A DNA stretch of 64,000 nucleotides, taken from positions 1 through 64,000 of the forward strand of contig JAYZQJ010000155.1 in NCBI GenBank assembly GCA_036149055.1. The letters run 5' to 3'. Positions 7,045-16,030 of this stretch are shown here, one piece after another. Every line of letters starts with the position of its first letter. The first letter of the stretch is position 1. The DNA comes from Myxococcota bacterium (GTDB lineage Bacteria; Myxococcota_A; Polyangia; Polyangiales; Sandaracinaceae). Position numbers and translations under genes: made by a program. The notes beneath the pieces are model-generated. The model did not search any database. It was given only the letters and a program-made list of their open reading frames with translations, and was not told the origin of the DNA.

Positions 7045-10005
7045 TCACTCGGAGGACGCTGTCTCAGGCCCCCCCTGTTGCGGTGACAGCAGCGTCAACA
7101 CATTGGCCGAGAACAGCATCAGGAAGTGGGGCTGCCCGTCGTTCCGAAGGTCGTGCTCCACGAGGAATGAAAGGTTCGCGCTCACACCAACCTGTGACGC
7201 CCCCGGCTCTTGGACCAGCGGCAGCGAGATGCCCATCCCGTAGACGATGCTAGGAGCCTGAGCGATGTCACCGAGTGCACTCTGTAGCAGGAGTCCTGCC
7301 TGAGCCTGGAGGCCGATGAACGTGGGGTTCTGTCGAACCCGGTAGTCCCACGGTTCCGCTACCAGCAACACGCCCGTTCGAAGGGTCGAGAACGAGACGC
7401 TGGTGTCAGAGAGGCTGGATTCCAGGTCTATCGGACTTGCCGGAAGGCGCATGGCGCCCACTCCGATCGGCACAGTGACGAAGAACCGGAAGCCGTCTCC
7501 TCGGTGGTAGACGACATTGCCGAAGATCCCGCGTGGGCGAACGCGCGCGACATAGCGGTAGACGCCACGCTCGTAGGCGGCTCCGTTCGCCTGTGTGTCG
7601 ACAGCGTCCTGGCGATACGGCACGTCCGGGCGTCGAACGGCAATGGTCGCCGTGACGATGAAGTCGTCCTGCTGCTGACCAGAGAGAGGAAACCTCAACG
7701 GCCCTGTCAGGATTCGTCGCTCGGGCAGGGGCTCGAATACAACATCCTCCCCCACCGGCTCGGCCTGATCCCTCGCCCGTATCCGGACACGTACTAGCTG
7801 CCGGCCGTATAGCCGGAGGCGGTGAGTGCTCGACATCGAATGGCCTCGCAAGGGCGGCTCGTATACGAGGCGGCAGTCATCGACGTTGCCAGGGGCCACG
7901 ATATCGCCGTCGCGTGCGACGTGGCCGAGTGGAGGCGCCTGCTCCTGAACCGGTGATGGATCTGCCCTCTCTCCGCCCGTGTCGTACGCGTCGAAGGAGG
8001 ACATTTCGTCGAGACGACTCTCGCACACGAGAGCGAGCGATTCTCCGATGGGGAGCGGAACGCTTTCGACCCGAGCTGCCGATCCGACAGTCACGCGCAG
8101 GTCGGCGAGGGGAGTCTGGGAGCACGCGAGCATGCCGAGTGACGCTCGGGCAAGAGCAGCCATTCGAACGCGGGCTTCCAGCTCAGCGATTCGCCGCATG
8201 GTGACACTAACAAGCCTACTCGATGCGCCACTACAGCTCTGTTCGCGACTCCGTGTAGCGCGACAAGCGCGAAAGTCCGCGACGGCCTCACGCGTAGCGA
8301 CTTCTAGGTCTTCGACGTCGACGGCGCGGGAGGTGCGCGTCAACCAGCTGTCGATCCAGTCGAGCCGTCCCCTCAGCTCGAGCAAGACGGCGCGGTTTCG
8401 GTCCGTAGCCGGTGCGGGAGCTCCGGCATCCGAGGCCTCTTCCATACCCTCGATCGTCTCTCGCAACTCAGCTCTTCTCGCAGTGAGTTCTTGGCGCCAA
8501 CAGTCGAGATCGCCGCCACACTGAGTCCACGGCGTAGAGACCGCGCGCACGAAGAGGGTAACAGGCCCCGCCCGGGCGGTAGTCACGCGGTAGGTGGCGC
8601 TGCCGTTGGGCATCACGGACCAGAGGTGGGTCGGAAGTGGAATCCGGTCTGGTGTAACCACCTGCACGTCGGGATCCGCCGAGGACACGCACCACGTGTG
8701 CGCGTCTTGGACCCCGAGCCCGTCCAGGCTCGGCAGGTCGATGACCGCGTGGTTCACCACGCCGACCAGCGGGTTCGCCGCAGACGGCTCGCTCTCCGAA
8801 TCATCGCACCAGGTACCCGTACTGGGATCGCAGAGTCGTCGTGGCAGGAGCTGAATCGGTAGCGGATCGACGGCTACCCTGGTTTCGCCCATGGCCCCCC
8901 GATAGGAGAGCACCTGAAGTGGCTCGACTCCAAGCGTCGTCGTGTCGACGACGGCAAACCCAGGCCCCTCCTGGCCCGACGGCTGCGAGACCGGACCACC
9001 CGCAAGAGCCTCTAGCTCCGGATACCCGTAGTGGGCTTCGAGTGACCGGGCTCGAATATCCGACAGCGCGGTCGAACTCCCGAGTGACCCCAGATTTCGG
9101 CCGTCTACTTCCAGATGCCACTGAGCGTTGTCTGCGAGGTCCGCAGGGACGTTTCGGATGTCGACCGCAATCATCCCGCTCTCGTAGGCGCCCGGTTGCT
9201 GGTGTGCGATGACACCGCGCACCCGGGCAACACGTCCATTCGCAGCGGTCGCCACCAGATAGAGCTCGGCGCCGGCCGGGTAGTCGTCGAGCAGTCCGCA
9301 GTCGGCGCGCAGTGTCACACTCTGCCAGGCTGCGCCCCGGAAGACACCACCGAGGGGTGTCTCCATGACGATGTCACATCGACGTAGCTCCACGCGAAGA
9401 CGCACGCTGCTGTTCCCGTCGAACGAGATCGTGACTTCGCGGGCGTCGGGCGGGGGCTCGATGACAAGGCTCGAGAGCAGCCTGTCCCTCGTCTCCCAGT
9501 GCACCCTGCAGTTGGCTGCACCGGCCGCACAACTCGGAGCTCCCAGCACCCGGTGCACCAGCGCAGGCATGAGAACTGTGGCTTCCGCCTCGGCATACTC
9601 ACCCACTACCGAGAGTCTGTTGGACAGCAGCTCGACGGTCGGCGTACCCGGCTGTGGGCCGCTTGCGGTGTAAGTATTCCTTGCCCCGCACTCGACGGCA
9701 CGCCCTAGAACTGCTGCCGTCGGACCACAGCTCTCGCGGGGACCACACGTGAGTTGCGCACGCCGGACGGGTTCGGCTCGCCGCACGCTGACCGTTGAAC
9801 CTCCTCTGGTCACGTTGGTCGGCGAGCCGAGCTCGAGCCGAGCATACCCAACGTGACACGCAGAGTCGGCGGGCAGCCCCTCGATCTCGTAGGTGTAACT
9901 GAGATCCGCATTTACGAGGATACGAGCGTCTAGAGGCTGGGCTCGGACCGACAGCGGCCAGGCGCACGACACTACCGCTGCCACCCCGAGAAGATAGCGA
10001 TTCAT
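7045..10005 (-). CDS. Large secreted hypothetical protein (signal peptide, beta-rich domains, coiled coil, possible C-terminal membrane beta-strands)
   Basis: MNRYLLGVAAVVSCAWPLSVRA-Q signal peptide; 986 aa; ATGA overlap with the upstream lipoprotein gene. Confidence 0.75.
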   Translation of the reverse strand: MNRYLLGVAAVVSCAWPLSVRAQPLDARILVNADLSYTYEIEGLPADSACHVGYARLELGSPTNVTRGGSTVSVRRAEPVRRAQLTCGPRESCGPTAAVLGRAVECGARNTYTASGPQPGTPTVELLSNRLSVVGEYAEAEATVLMPALVHRVLGAPSCAAGAANCRVHWETRDRLLSSLVIEPPPDAREVTISFDGNSSVRLRVELRRCDIVMETPLGGVFRGAAWQSVTLRADCGLLDDYPAGAELYLVATAANGRVARVRGVIAHQQPGAYESGMIAVDIRNVPADLADNAQWHLEVDGRNLGSLGSSTALSDIRARSLEAHYGYPELEALAGGPVSQPSGQEGPGFAVVDTTTLGVEPLQVLSYRGAMGETRVAVDPLPIQLLPRRLCDPSTGTWCDDSESEPSAANPLVGVVNHAVIDLPSLDGLGVQDAHTWCVSSADPDVQVVTPDRIPLPTHLWSVMPNGSATYRVTTARAGPVTLFVRAVSTPWTQCGGDLDCWRQELTARRAELRETIEGMEEASDAGAPAPATDRNRAVLLELRGRLDWIDSWLTRTSRAVDVEDLEVATREAVADFRACRATRSREQSCSGASSRLVSVTMRRIAELEARVRMAALARASLGMLACSQTPLADLRVTVGSAARVESVPLPIGESLALVCESRLDEMSSFDAYDTGGERADPSPVQEQAPPLGHVARDGDIVAPGNVDDCRLVYEPPLRGHSMSSTHRLRLYGRQLVRVRIRARDQAEPVGEDVVFEPLPERRILTGPLRFPLSGQQQDDFIVTATIAVRRPDVPYRQDAVDTQANGAAYERGVYRYVARVRPRGIFGNVVYHRGDGFRFFVTVPIGVGAMRLPASPIDLESSLSDTSVSFSTLRTGVLLVAEPWDYRVRQNPTFIGLQAQAGLLLQSALGDIAQAPSIVYGMGISLPLVQEPGASQVGVSANLSFLVEHDLRNDGQPHFLMLFSANVLTLLSPQQGGPETASSE

Positions 10006-10460
10006 GAGCCAGCCCCCCCGTCAGGTGCAGCGCCGGAGTCTTGGGTGGCGCCTGCGTCGCTCAAGTCGCCGGAGTCGGGCAGGACAATGCCTGCGTCCAT
10101 GACGGCACCGTCCAGACTGTTGGCACATAAGTACTGCGGTTCCCCACGAACAACCCACCCGAGTTGATCGGCGGGAACGCATTCCCCCGCGATGTCGCTC
10201 CGGGCAAAGGGCCGCCCGAGGTACCGCATTCCTGACTCGCACGGCTCCCCCGCGTCGCGTTCGAGGTCCGGTGTGGCACAGCTGCGGGTGGCGCAGACAC
10301 AGACCTCCTCAGGACGCCCGCACTCGCGCCCCGTCTCTCCGCCGGGAACAGGTTCCCCGCATCGGAATCCATCAGATGTCGTGCAACCGACGACTGCAAG
10401 CCCAGAGACAAGCAGACAGACGAACACTAGCCGACCAACGGCAACTCTCGTCGCTCCCAT
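10002..10460 (-). CDS. Cys-rich lipoprotein
   Basis: MGATRVAVGRLVFVCLLVSGLAVVG-C lipobox; multiple Cys; Asp/Ala/Gly-rich tail. Confidence 0.7.
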   Translation of the reverse strand: MGATRVAVGRLVFVCLLVSGLAVVGCTTSDGFRCGEPVPGGETGRECGRPEEVCVCATRSCATPDLERDAGEPCESGMRYLGRPFARSDIAGECVPADQLGWVVRGEPQYLCANSLDGAVMDAGIVLPDSGDLSDAGATQDSGAAPDGGAGS

Positions 10461-10707
10461 CACCCCTCCCCCACAACACCTCCAGCATCCTGCCTGATTG
10501 CCCCCATAGAGCAAAGCAGTTTCTCGCCGAGCCGGCGTCCTGCCGCGCTCGGCGGGCAAAGAGGCAGGACTCCCCCCCCTCCGAGAAGCACGCGTCCGGA
10601 CCTTGTTCGGCGGCGGGCACCGGCGCTCCACCATTGCCTACCGAAGTGCTTGCAGGTCGCTCCCCGGGCAACCGAACACGCACACTTCATTGCTCGCGCG
10701 TACCGCC

Positions 10708-13074
10708 CTAGCGCTCTGCAGCTAAAGCTGCCAACTGCGCAACCAGGTCGCTGTCGCTGACTCCCCACTCCGAGTAGCGGTAGCTGAGGAGCGCGCGCCG
10801 GAACTCCCTCATCGTCTGAAACCGGTCAGCTGGTTGCGGTGCGAGAGCTCGCGCGAGGATCGAGTCCAAGACCTCGTCGCAGTCGCTTCGCATACTAGAA
10901 ACTGGAGCAGGGCCTCCGAAGTTGCGAATCGAATAGACGACATCTGGGGCTCGCCCATCTCGCGAGAACAACGGAGTGAGCGTGAGAGACTCCCAGAGCA
11001 CAACTCCAAGCGAGAAGATGTCGCTGCGAGAGTCTGAGGTACCTCCCCACGCAACCTCCGGCGCGATGTATGGCAGTTCGCGCGGATACCATGACTCGCC
11101 GCGAGCCGAACCGTCGATTCGGGACCGCGCCCCAATCGGCGGCAAGAGCCTAATTTGACCGAAGCGCGTGATGAACACCGCTTCGGGTGATAAACGCTCG
11201 TAGACCACACCAAGCTTCTCGCCGTCAGTGTCGACGAGCTCGTGTAGGGCATGCACTACCTCGCATACCGTTGCGCAGATGTCCACCGCTACAGGAACGG
11301 CCAGGAAGCCCCGCTCCTGCGCGACCGCAGAAAGCGCCTGACTCAGTAGACACCCTCGATCATCTTGGAACAAGAGATGAACGCCGCCGTTCCGAGTACG
11401 GAGGAAGGCGATCGGCGCCGATAGGTTGGGATGCGGAAGCATCGCTCCTAGCTTGGCCGCGTGCACGAGGCACTTCTCTGCCGTCTCTCTGACGTGTTCG
11501 TATGGCACACCTGCACGTGGTGCCGTCGTGCTGAGTATTCGCACGGGAAAGGACACGGGGTCGCCCTCAATCAGTCCTTCGGAGATGACGACAAGGCCGT
11601 TGGGCGACCGGAGTTCTCGCATCAGACGGACGCGAATGCCAGACAGCGCGAAGCCCGTGTCGCGGACGCTTTCCGGCATCTCTACGAAACCAGTGTCACC
11701 GTGCCACCTCGACATTGGTTCGGACACCTCGGGGGGCGGTGGCATCTTCTCATTGGTGCGTAACGTGCCTCGTGGGTTCGTACGCACGCCGTGGACGAGC
11801 GTGTCCAGCGTCTTAGGCAACTCCGAGAAGGTGGGCTCCCCTTCGAGCGCCTTGCGTACGGCGTCTTGCACTACAGTAAGGTCTGGCGTCCGACGCCGTG
11901 TCTTATCGACTACCGCTGAGACCAGACTGTCGACAGTCGAGTCGGGAGACAGGATCTCATCAAACAGGCAAGCAAGGACTGTCTTGGGCAGCGATGTCCG
12001 AGAGCGTAGGATTAGTCTAGTATCGCAAAGCGTCCCAAGGCGGCATGCCTGTGCCGCGAGACGCAGCGTTGCCCCCTCGGGCAGAGACAAGGGAAGCACG
12101 ATAAACGGCGGATTCGCCTGCAGCAGAGCTACGATCCGCTTCTCAGATAGGATCTGGAGAACGCTCTCTTCGACAAACGGGATACCGCGGGAGCGCAGAA
12201 CGGCCTGGATACAGCCGTCGTCCGTATCGCTGTCGGAGACGAACAGCACCCCAGCGCCGACCTGGGCATCGGCCTCCGCCACCTCGTCGATTGGGGGCGA
12301 AGTCTGGGCAACGAACGCTCTATTCGGAAACATCCTACGCTCGGCCGGGTCGCCGTCGAGAAGGGCAATCGAGTGAATCTCGGGACGGACCGCCTCACGA
12401 CCATGTTCGCGACGGAGCCGCTCCCACACCAAGTCTGCGATCTCACGCAGCGAAAGCGCAGGAGCAGCGGGGGGGCCACCCTCTTCAAGCGTCGCCAGAA
12501 AAGCTGCCGAGAACATGGTGCTGTGCCCAGTAGTTTGCACCAGCGCCCGATGTCGACGGGAGGCGGCGGCAAGCAGAGCAAGGCCGCAAAACTCCTCCTC
12601 TTGTCCCGCAAAGAGGGTGTCCGCGCCACCGTTCAGCTCGCGCGCGGCTCGGCCGGCGAAGCATGCGTCGAGGACGAGTACTATCGTGCGCGTGCGGTGC
12701 GCACCTGCGTCTTCGAGGGCGTGGCCAAGATCTCCGATGCGCAGTGAGCTCGCCGCTCGTGTGGCATCACGGGATCCGTAGAGCGCTAGGGCATACCGCT
12801 GGTCGGGGAGGACTATGCCGTGGCCCAGGTAGAAGATCAGCAGTGGAACGCCGTCAGGTGCGCGCCTGTGGAGTTCCAGAATGCGGGAGATCTGTGCGGC
12901 GGGACTCGCACGAGATTCGAAGAGGTCAAGGAAGTCGACGACGGTAAGCCATGAGTGGATCGAGCGCTGGACGCGGCGGGCGGTCTGCTCGAGCGTGGAA
13001 GCGAGTTCATCATCGTCCAGCTGCCGCAGGCCCGGGAAGCGAGAAGCACCAAGAAGGGCGAACGCGATCTCCAT
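10708..13074 (-). CDS. Caspase-like (peptidase C14, EACC1-associated type) protease fused to a degenerate Ser/Thr kinase domain
   Basis: ATG at 13074, 2 bp after the EACC1 stop; ALLGASRF, catalytic His in FYLGHG, catalytic Cys in LDACFAG; kinase C-lobe motifs YIAPE, DSRSDIFSLGVVLWESLT, PADRF. Confidence 0.85.
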   Translation of the reverse strand: MEIAFALLGASRFPGLRQLDDDELASTLEQTARRVQRSIHSWLTVVDFLDLFESRASPAAQISRILELHRRAPDGVPLLIFYLGHGIVLPDQRYALALYGSRDATRAASSLRIGDLGHALEDAGAHRTRTIVLVLDACFAGRAARELNGGADTLFAGQEEEFCGLALLAAASRRHRALVQTTGHSTMFSAAFLATLEEGGPPAAPALSLREIADLVWERLRREHGREAVRPEIHSIALLDGDPAERRMFPNRAFVAQTSPPIDEVAEADAQVGAGVLFVSDSDTDDGCIQAVLRSRGIPFVEESVLQILSEKRIVALLQANPPFIVLPLSLPEGATLRLAAQACRLGTLCDTRLILRSRTSLPKTVLACLFDEILSPDSTVDSLVSAVVDKTRRRTPDLTVVQDAVRKALEGEPTFSELPKTLDTLVHGVRTNPRGTLRTNEKMPPPPEVSEPMSRWHGDTGFVEMPESVRDTGFALSGIRVRLMRELRSPNGLVVISEGLIEGDPVSFPVRILSTTAPRAGVPYEHVRETAEKCLVHAAKLGAMLPHPNLSAPIAFLRTRNGGVHLLFQDDRGCLLSQALSAVAQERGFLAVPVAVDICATVCEVVHALHELVDTDGEKLGVVYERLSPEAVFITRFGQIRLLPPIGARSRIDGSARGESWYPRELPYIAPEVAWGGTSDSRSDIFSLGVVLWESLTLTPLFSRDGRAPDVVYSIRNFGGPAPVSSMRSDCDEVLDSILARALAPQPADRFQTMREFRRALLSYRYSEWGVSDSDLVAQLAALAAER

Positions 13075-13076
13075 CG

Positions 13077-13559
13077 TCAGCCTCGCGTAGGCGCACGTTT
13101 CCTCGTCCTGGCGCCCGTTCGGGCGGGCTGCGCGCCCACGGACTGCGACGGGGGCTCTGTTGTGGGCTGCGCGGACCTCAGGGCCTGGGTGATTGCCCGG
13201 ATGAGCTGGCCCACGGCTGCTTTGGAGGCTGGGTGCCCCTCCAACTGGACGGTGGCGTCGCCGATCTTGATCCGCACACGTGATCGCTGAAGCCACACAG
13301 CCACGCCTGTCGCGACTGCGGTGATCGCATTGCTGCTGAGCACGAGAGCTACGGTCGTGCCCAGATCCAAGGCTCGACTACCGGCGAGACGCCGCTGCTC
13401 GGCGCTTCGTACGCCCTCGATATACGCAAGGCTGCGCCGCAGCTCGTCAGTCTCCGCGGAAGCTAGAGCCGCGTCGTCGCTGACAACCTCCACCATGAGG
13501 GTATACAGTTCACCCTCTCCGGGGTGCCCCTCAGACGTGCCCTCTTTACTTTCTCCCAT
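13077..13559 (-). CDS. Effector-associated constant component EACC1-like membrane protein
   Basis: AGGAGG RBS; DELRRSL...GSRALD, then hydrophobic LGTTVALVLSSNAITAVATGVAVWL and RVRIKIGDATVQLEG; directly upstream of the caspase. Confidence 0.75.
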   Translation of the reverse strand: MGESKEGTSEGHPGEGELYTLMVEVVSDDAALASAETDELRRSLAYIEGVRSAEQRRLAGSRALDLGTTVALVLSSNAITAVATGVAVWLQRSRVRIKIGDATVQLEGHPASKAAVGQLIRAITQALRSAQPTTEPPSQSVGAQPARTGARTRKRAPTRG

Positions 13560-13951
13560 CTTCCCCTCCTTCTTGAGCGCCCTTGAGGCCCACCCATCAG
13601 CTCCCGGATATCGAGGAACTCACCGGCCGTAGGCCTCGCGCACAACGCTGGCAGTGTTCGAGAGAGTGAATGCTGGGTTTGCCCTATGAGTCAATAGCCC
13701 ATCCGATATCGAGGGGCCGACCGAACAGCCACGAACGCGGAGGTGCGAACGCGCCGCTCCGGACTTCGCTCCGCACAGAGGCTTCTTACCGCAGCCCCCC
13801 CGGAATGGATGGCCTCACACACGGCTAGCTCCGCCGCACCTGCAAATTAGGTGAGTCCGGAGGTCTCGGCTCGAATCTCCGGCCCCGGACCACGGCCGCG
13901 AGCCGTGGTTTCGAGCGCTCCCGCTACCGACCAGCGCGGGGCGCGCAAGGA

Positions 13952-14929
13952 CTACGGATACCCGTCGAACCAAGCCACGACGGCGTCCGGCGCCGCGGGG
14001 ATCCACGCGTGCCCCGCCTCGTCGTCGACGACCACCTCGACCGGCGCCAGGGGGCGGAGCGCGGCGGCGTAGGGCCGCATCGTCGAGATCGGGACGACGG
14101 CGTCGGCGGCGCCGTGGAGGAAGAGGGTCGGCGGGTGGTCGGCGGGCAGGTCGGGGACGGCGCAGAGGGGGCCGCTGCACGTGGCGTAGCTGGCGGAGCA
14201 GACGGCGAGGGCGCGGAAGCGACCCGGGTAGGCGACGGCCATGCGGCTGGTCATGTAGCCGCCGCTCGAGATGCCGGTGGCGTACCAGCGCTCGCGGGAG
14301 AGGTCGCCGAAGCGGCCGCCCTCGATCGCCTCGAAGATGTCGAGCATGAAGCGGTGGTCGGGGGCGAGCTCCCAGCTCGCGCTGTACGGGGGCACGTTGG
14401 TGTCCCAGTAGGTCGAGCCGTTCGCGTGCGCCTCGGGGGTGAGCACGGCGTAGCCGCGGTCGAGCAGGGTCTTGACGGTCCTCGCCTGGTGCAGGGCGCC
14501 GAAGGGGGCGCCCTCCCAGCCGTACCAGCTCAGCTCGCCGGTGAAGAGGCTGCCCTGGAAGACGAGGACCACGGGGTAGCCGCCGGGCGGCGGCGCGCTC
14601 GTCGGGACCTGGTAGTGCACGTCGCGCGGGACGAGGCCGCTCAGGCCGGTGAGGAGCGTGAGGGTCTCGTACTCGCAGTCGACGACGCCGTCGATGTCGG
14701 TGCAGCGGCTCGCGGCGGGCGGGCGCCCGGCGTCGGGCTCGGGGGCGGCGGCGTCCGGCGGCGTGGCGGCGTCGCTCGGCGCTCCGGTGGTGGCGTCGGG
14801 GGTGGCGTCGGGGGCGACCTCGGGGGCCGCGTCGGGACGCGGGCCCGGGCCGGCGTCGATCCACGCCGCTTCGCCCCCGCACCCGAGGAGCGCGAGAGCC
14901 ACCCCGAGCGCCGCCGCCGCTCTTCCCAT
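13952..14929 (-). CDS. Extracellular esterase, mcl-PHA depolymerase-like lipoprotein
   Basis: Lipobox LALLG-C; VHYQVP...GGYPVVLVFQGS; lipase box GISSG; PPTLFLHGAADAVV; catalytic His in AGHAW. Confidence 0.8.
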   Translation of the reverse strand: MGRAAAALGVALALLGCGGEAAWIDAGPGPRPDAAPEVAPDATPDATTGAPSDAATPPDAAAPEPDAGRPPAASRCTDIDGVVDCEYETLTLLTGLSGLVPRDVHYQVPTSAPPPGGYPVVLVFQGSLFTGELSWYGWEGAPFGALHQARTVKTLLDRGYAVLTPEAHANGSTYWDTNVPPYSASWELAPDHRFMLDIFEAIEGGRFGDLSRERWYATGISSGGYMTSRMAVAYPGRFRALAVCSASYATCSGPLCAVPDLPADHPPTLFLHGAADAVVPISTMRPYAAALRPLAPVEVVVDDEAGHAWIPAAPDAVVAWFDGYP

Positions 14930-14976
14930 GGCGCAGACTGTGACGCGGTTCGCTCGAGTGCGCGAGGCGGCGTGCT

Positions 14977-16020
14977 ATGCGCGGGGGCGTGAGACGCGTG
15001 CGCATCGACGAGGCGGGGGGCTACGAGCGGCTCCGGATCGAGGAGACGGACGATCCGCGGCCGGGGCCGGGCGAGGTGCGGGTCGCGGTGCGCGCCGCCG
15101 GGGTCAACTACGCCGACTGCATCGTGCGCATGGGGCTCTACTCGTCGGCGAAGGCGTACGTGGGGTGGCCGATCACGCCGGGGTTCGAGGTGGCCGGGAC
15201 GGTCGACGCGCTCGGCGAGGGGGTCGACGACCTGGAGCTGGGCGCGCGGGTGATCGCGGTGACCCGCTTCGGCGGGTACGCGAGCGCGCTGGTGGCGCCG
15301 CGGCGGCAGGTCTATCCGCTGCCCGAGGGGCGCTCGTTCGAGGAGGGCGCCGCCCTCCCCGCGGTGTTCGCGACGGCGTGGTACGGGCTGCTCGAGCTCG
15401 CGCGACCGCGGCCCGGGCAGCGGATCCTCGTGCACTCGGCGGCGGGCGGGGTGGGGAGCGCGCTCTGCCAGCTCGGGCGCATCGCGGAGTGCGAGGTGAC
15501 GGGCGTGGTCGGGGCCAGCCACAAGGTGGAGGCGGCGCGCGCGCTCGGGTGCGCCCACGTCATCGACAAGTCGCGCGAGGATCTCTGGGGGCGCGCGGCG
15601 CAGATCTCGCCCGAGGGCTTCGACGTGGTGCTCGACGCGAACGGGGTCTCGACGCTGCGGCAGAGCTACCAGCACCTGCGGCGCCCCGGGAAGCTCGTGG
15701 TCTATGGCTTCGCGTCGATGCTGCCCCGGGCCGGCGAGCGCAAGAGCTACGTCCGGCTCGCGGTCGACTGGCTGCGCACGCCGCGCTTCGATCCGATGGC
15801 GATGACGCAGGACTGCAAGAGCGTGCTGGCGTTCAACCTCAGCTACCTCTTCGACGAGGCCGAGCTCTTCGCCGAGGGCATGGAGCGGCTGCTCACCTGG
15901 TGGGCCGAGGACCGCTTCACGCTGCCCGAGATCACGCCCTACCCGCTCGAGGAGGTGGCCGCCGCGCAGCGCGCGCTGGAGACCGGGGCGACGGTCGGTA
16001 AGCTCGTGCTGCGCGTCTGA
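14977..16020 (+). CDS. MDR-family NADPH:quinone oxidoreductase (VAT-1-like)
   Basis: AAGVNYAD, TPGFEVAG, ILVHSAAGGVG, TVGKLVL; start may be the GTG at 14989. Confidence 0.9.
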   Translation: MRGGVRRVRIDEAGGYERLRIEETDDPRPGPGEVRVAVRAAGVNYADCIVRMGLYSSAKAYVGWPITPGFEVAGTVDALGEGVDDLELGARVIAVTRFGGYASALVAPRRQVYPLPEGRSFEEGAALPAVFATAWYGLLELARPRPGQRILVHSAAGGVGSALCQLGRIAECEVTGVVGASHKVEAARALGCAHVIDKSREDLWGRAAQISPEGFDVVLDANGVSTLRQSYQHLRRPGKLVVYGFASMLPRAGERKSYVRLAVDWLRTPRFDPMAMTQDCKSVLAFNLSYLFDEAELFAEGMERLLTWWAEDRFTLPEITPYPLEEVAAAQRALETGATVGKLVLRV

Positions 16021-16030
16021 GCGCCCCGGC

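Larger units (their letters stand above)
3790..13890. mobile_element. Putative horizontally acquired island (lower GC; no integrase seen)
   Basis: Visibly more A/T and weaker GC3 bias than the flanks; conflict-type genes; similar sequences at both ends (3811 CGGCTCGAATTCTCGGGCACCGG; 13867 CGGCTCGAATCTCCGGCCCCGG). Confidence 0.6.

Noticed and set aside
13075..13296. N-terminal extension of the caspase ORF
   Set aside because: It overlaps the EACC1 gene in another frame; ATG 13074 gives a typical caspase N-terminus.
13855..13892. tRNA 3' end (TCGAATC...CCA) as an integration site
   Set aside because: It has GGCTCGA rather than GGTTCGA and no cloverleaf can be built upstream; kept only as a boundary repeat.
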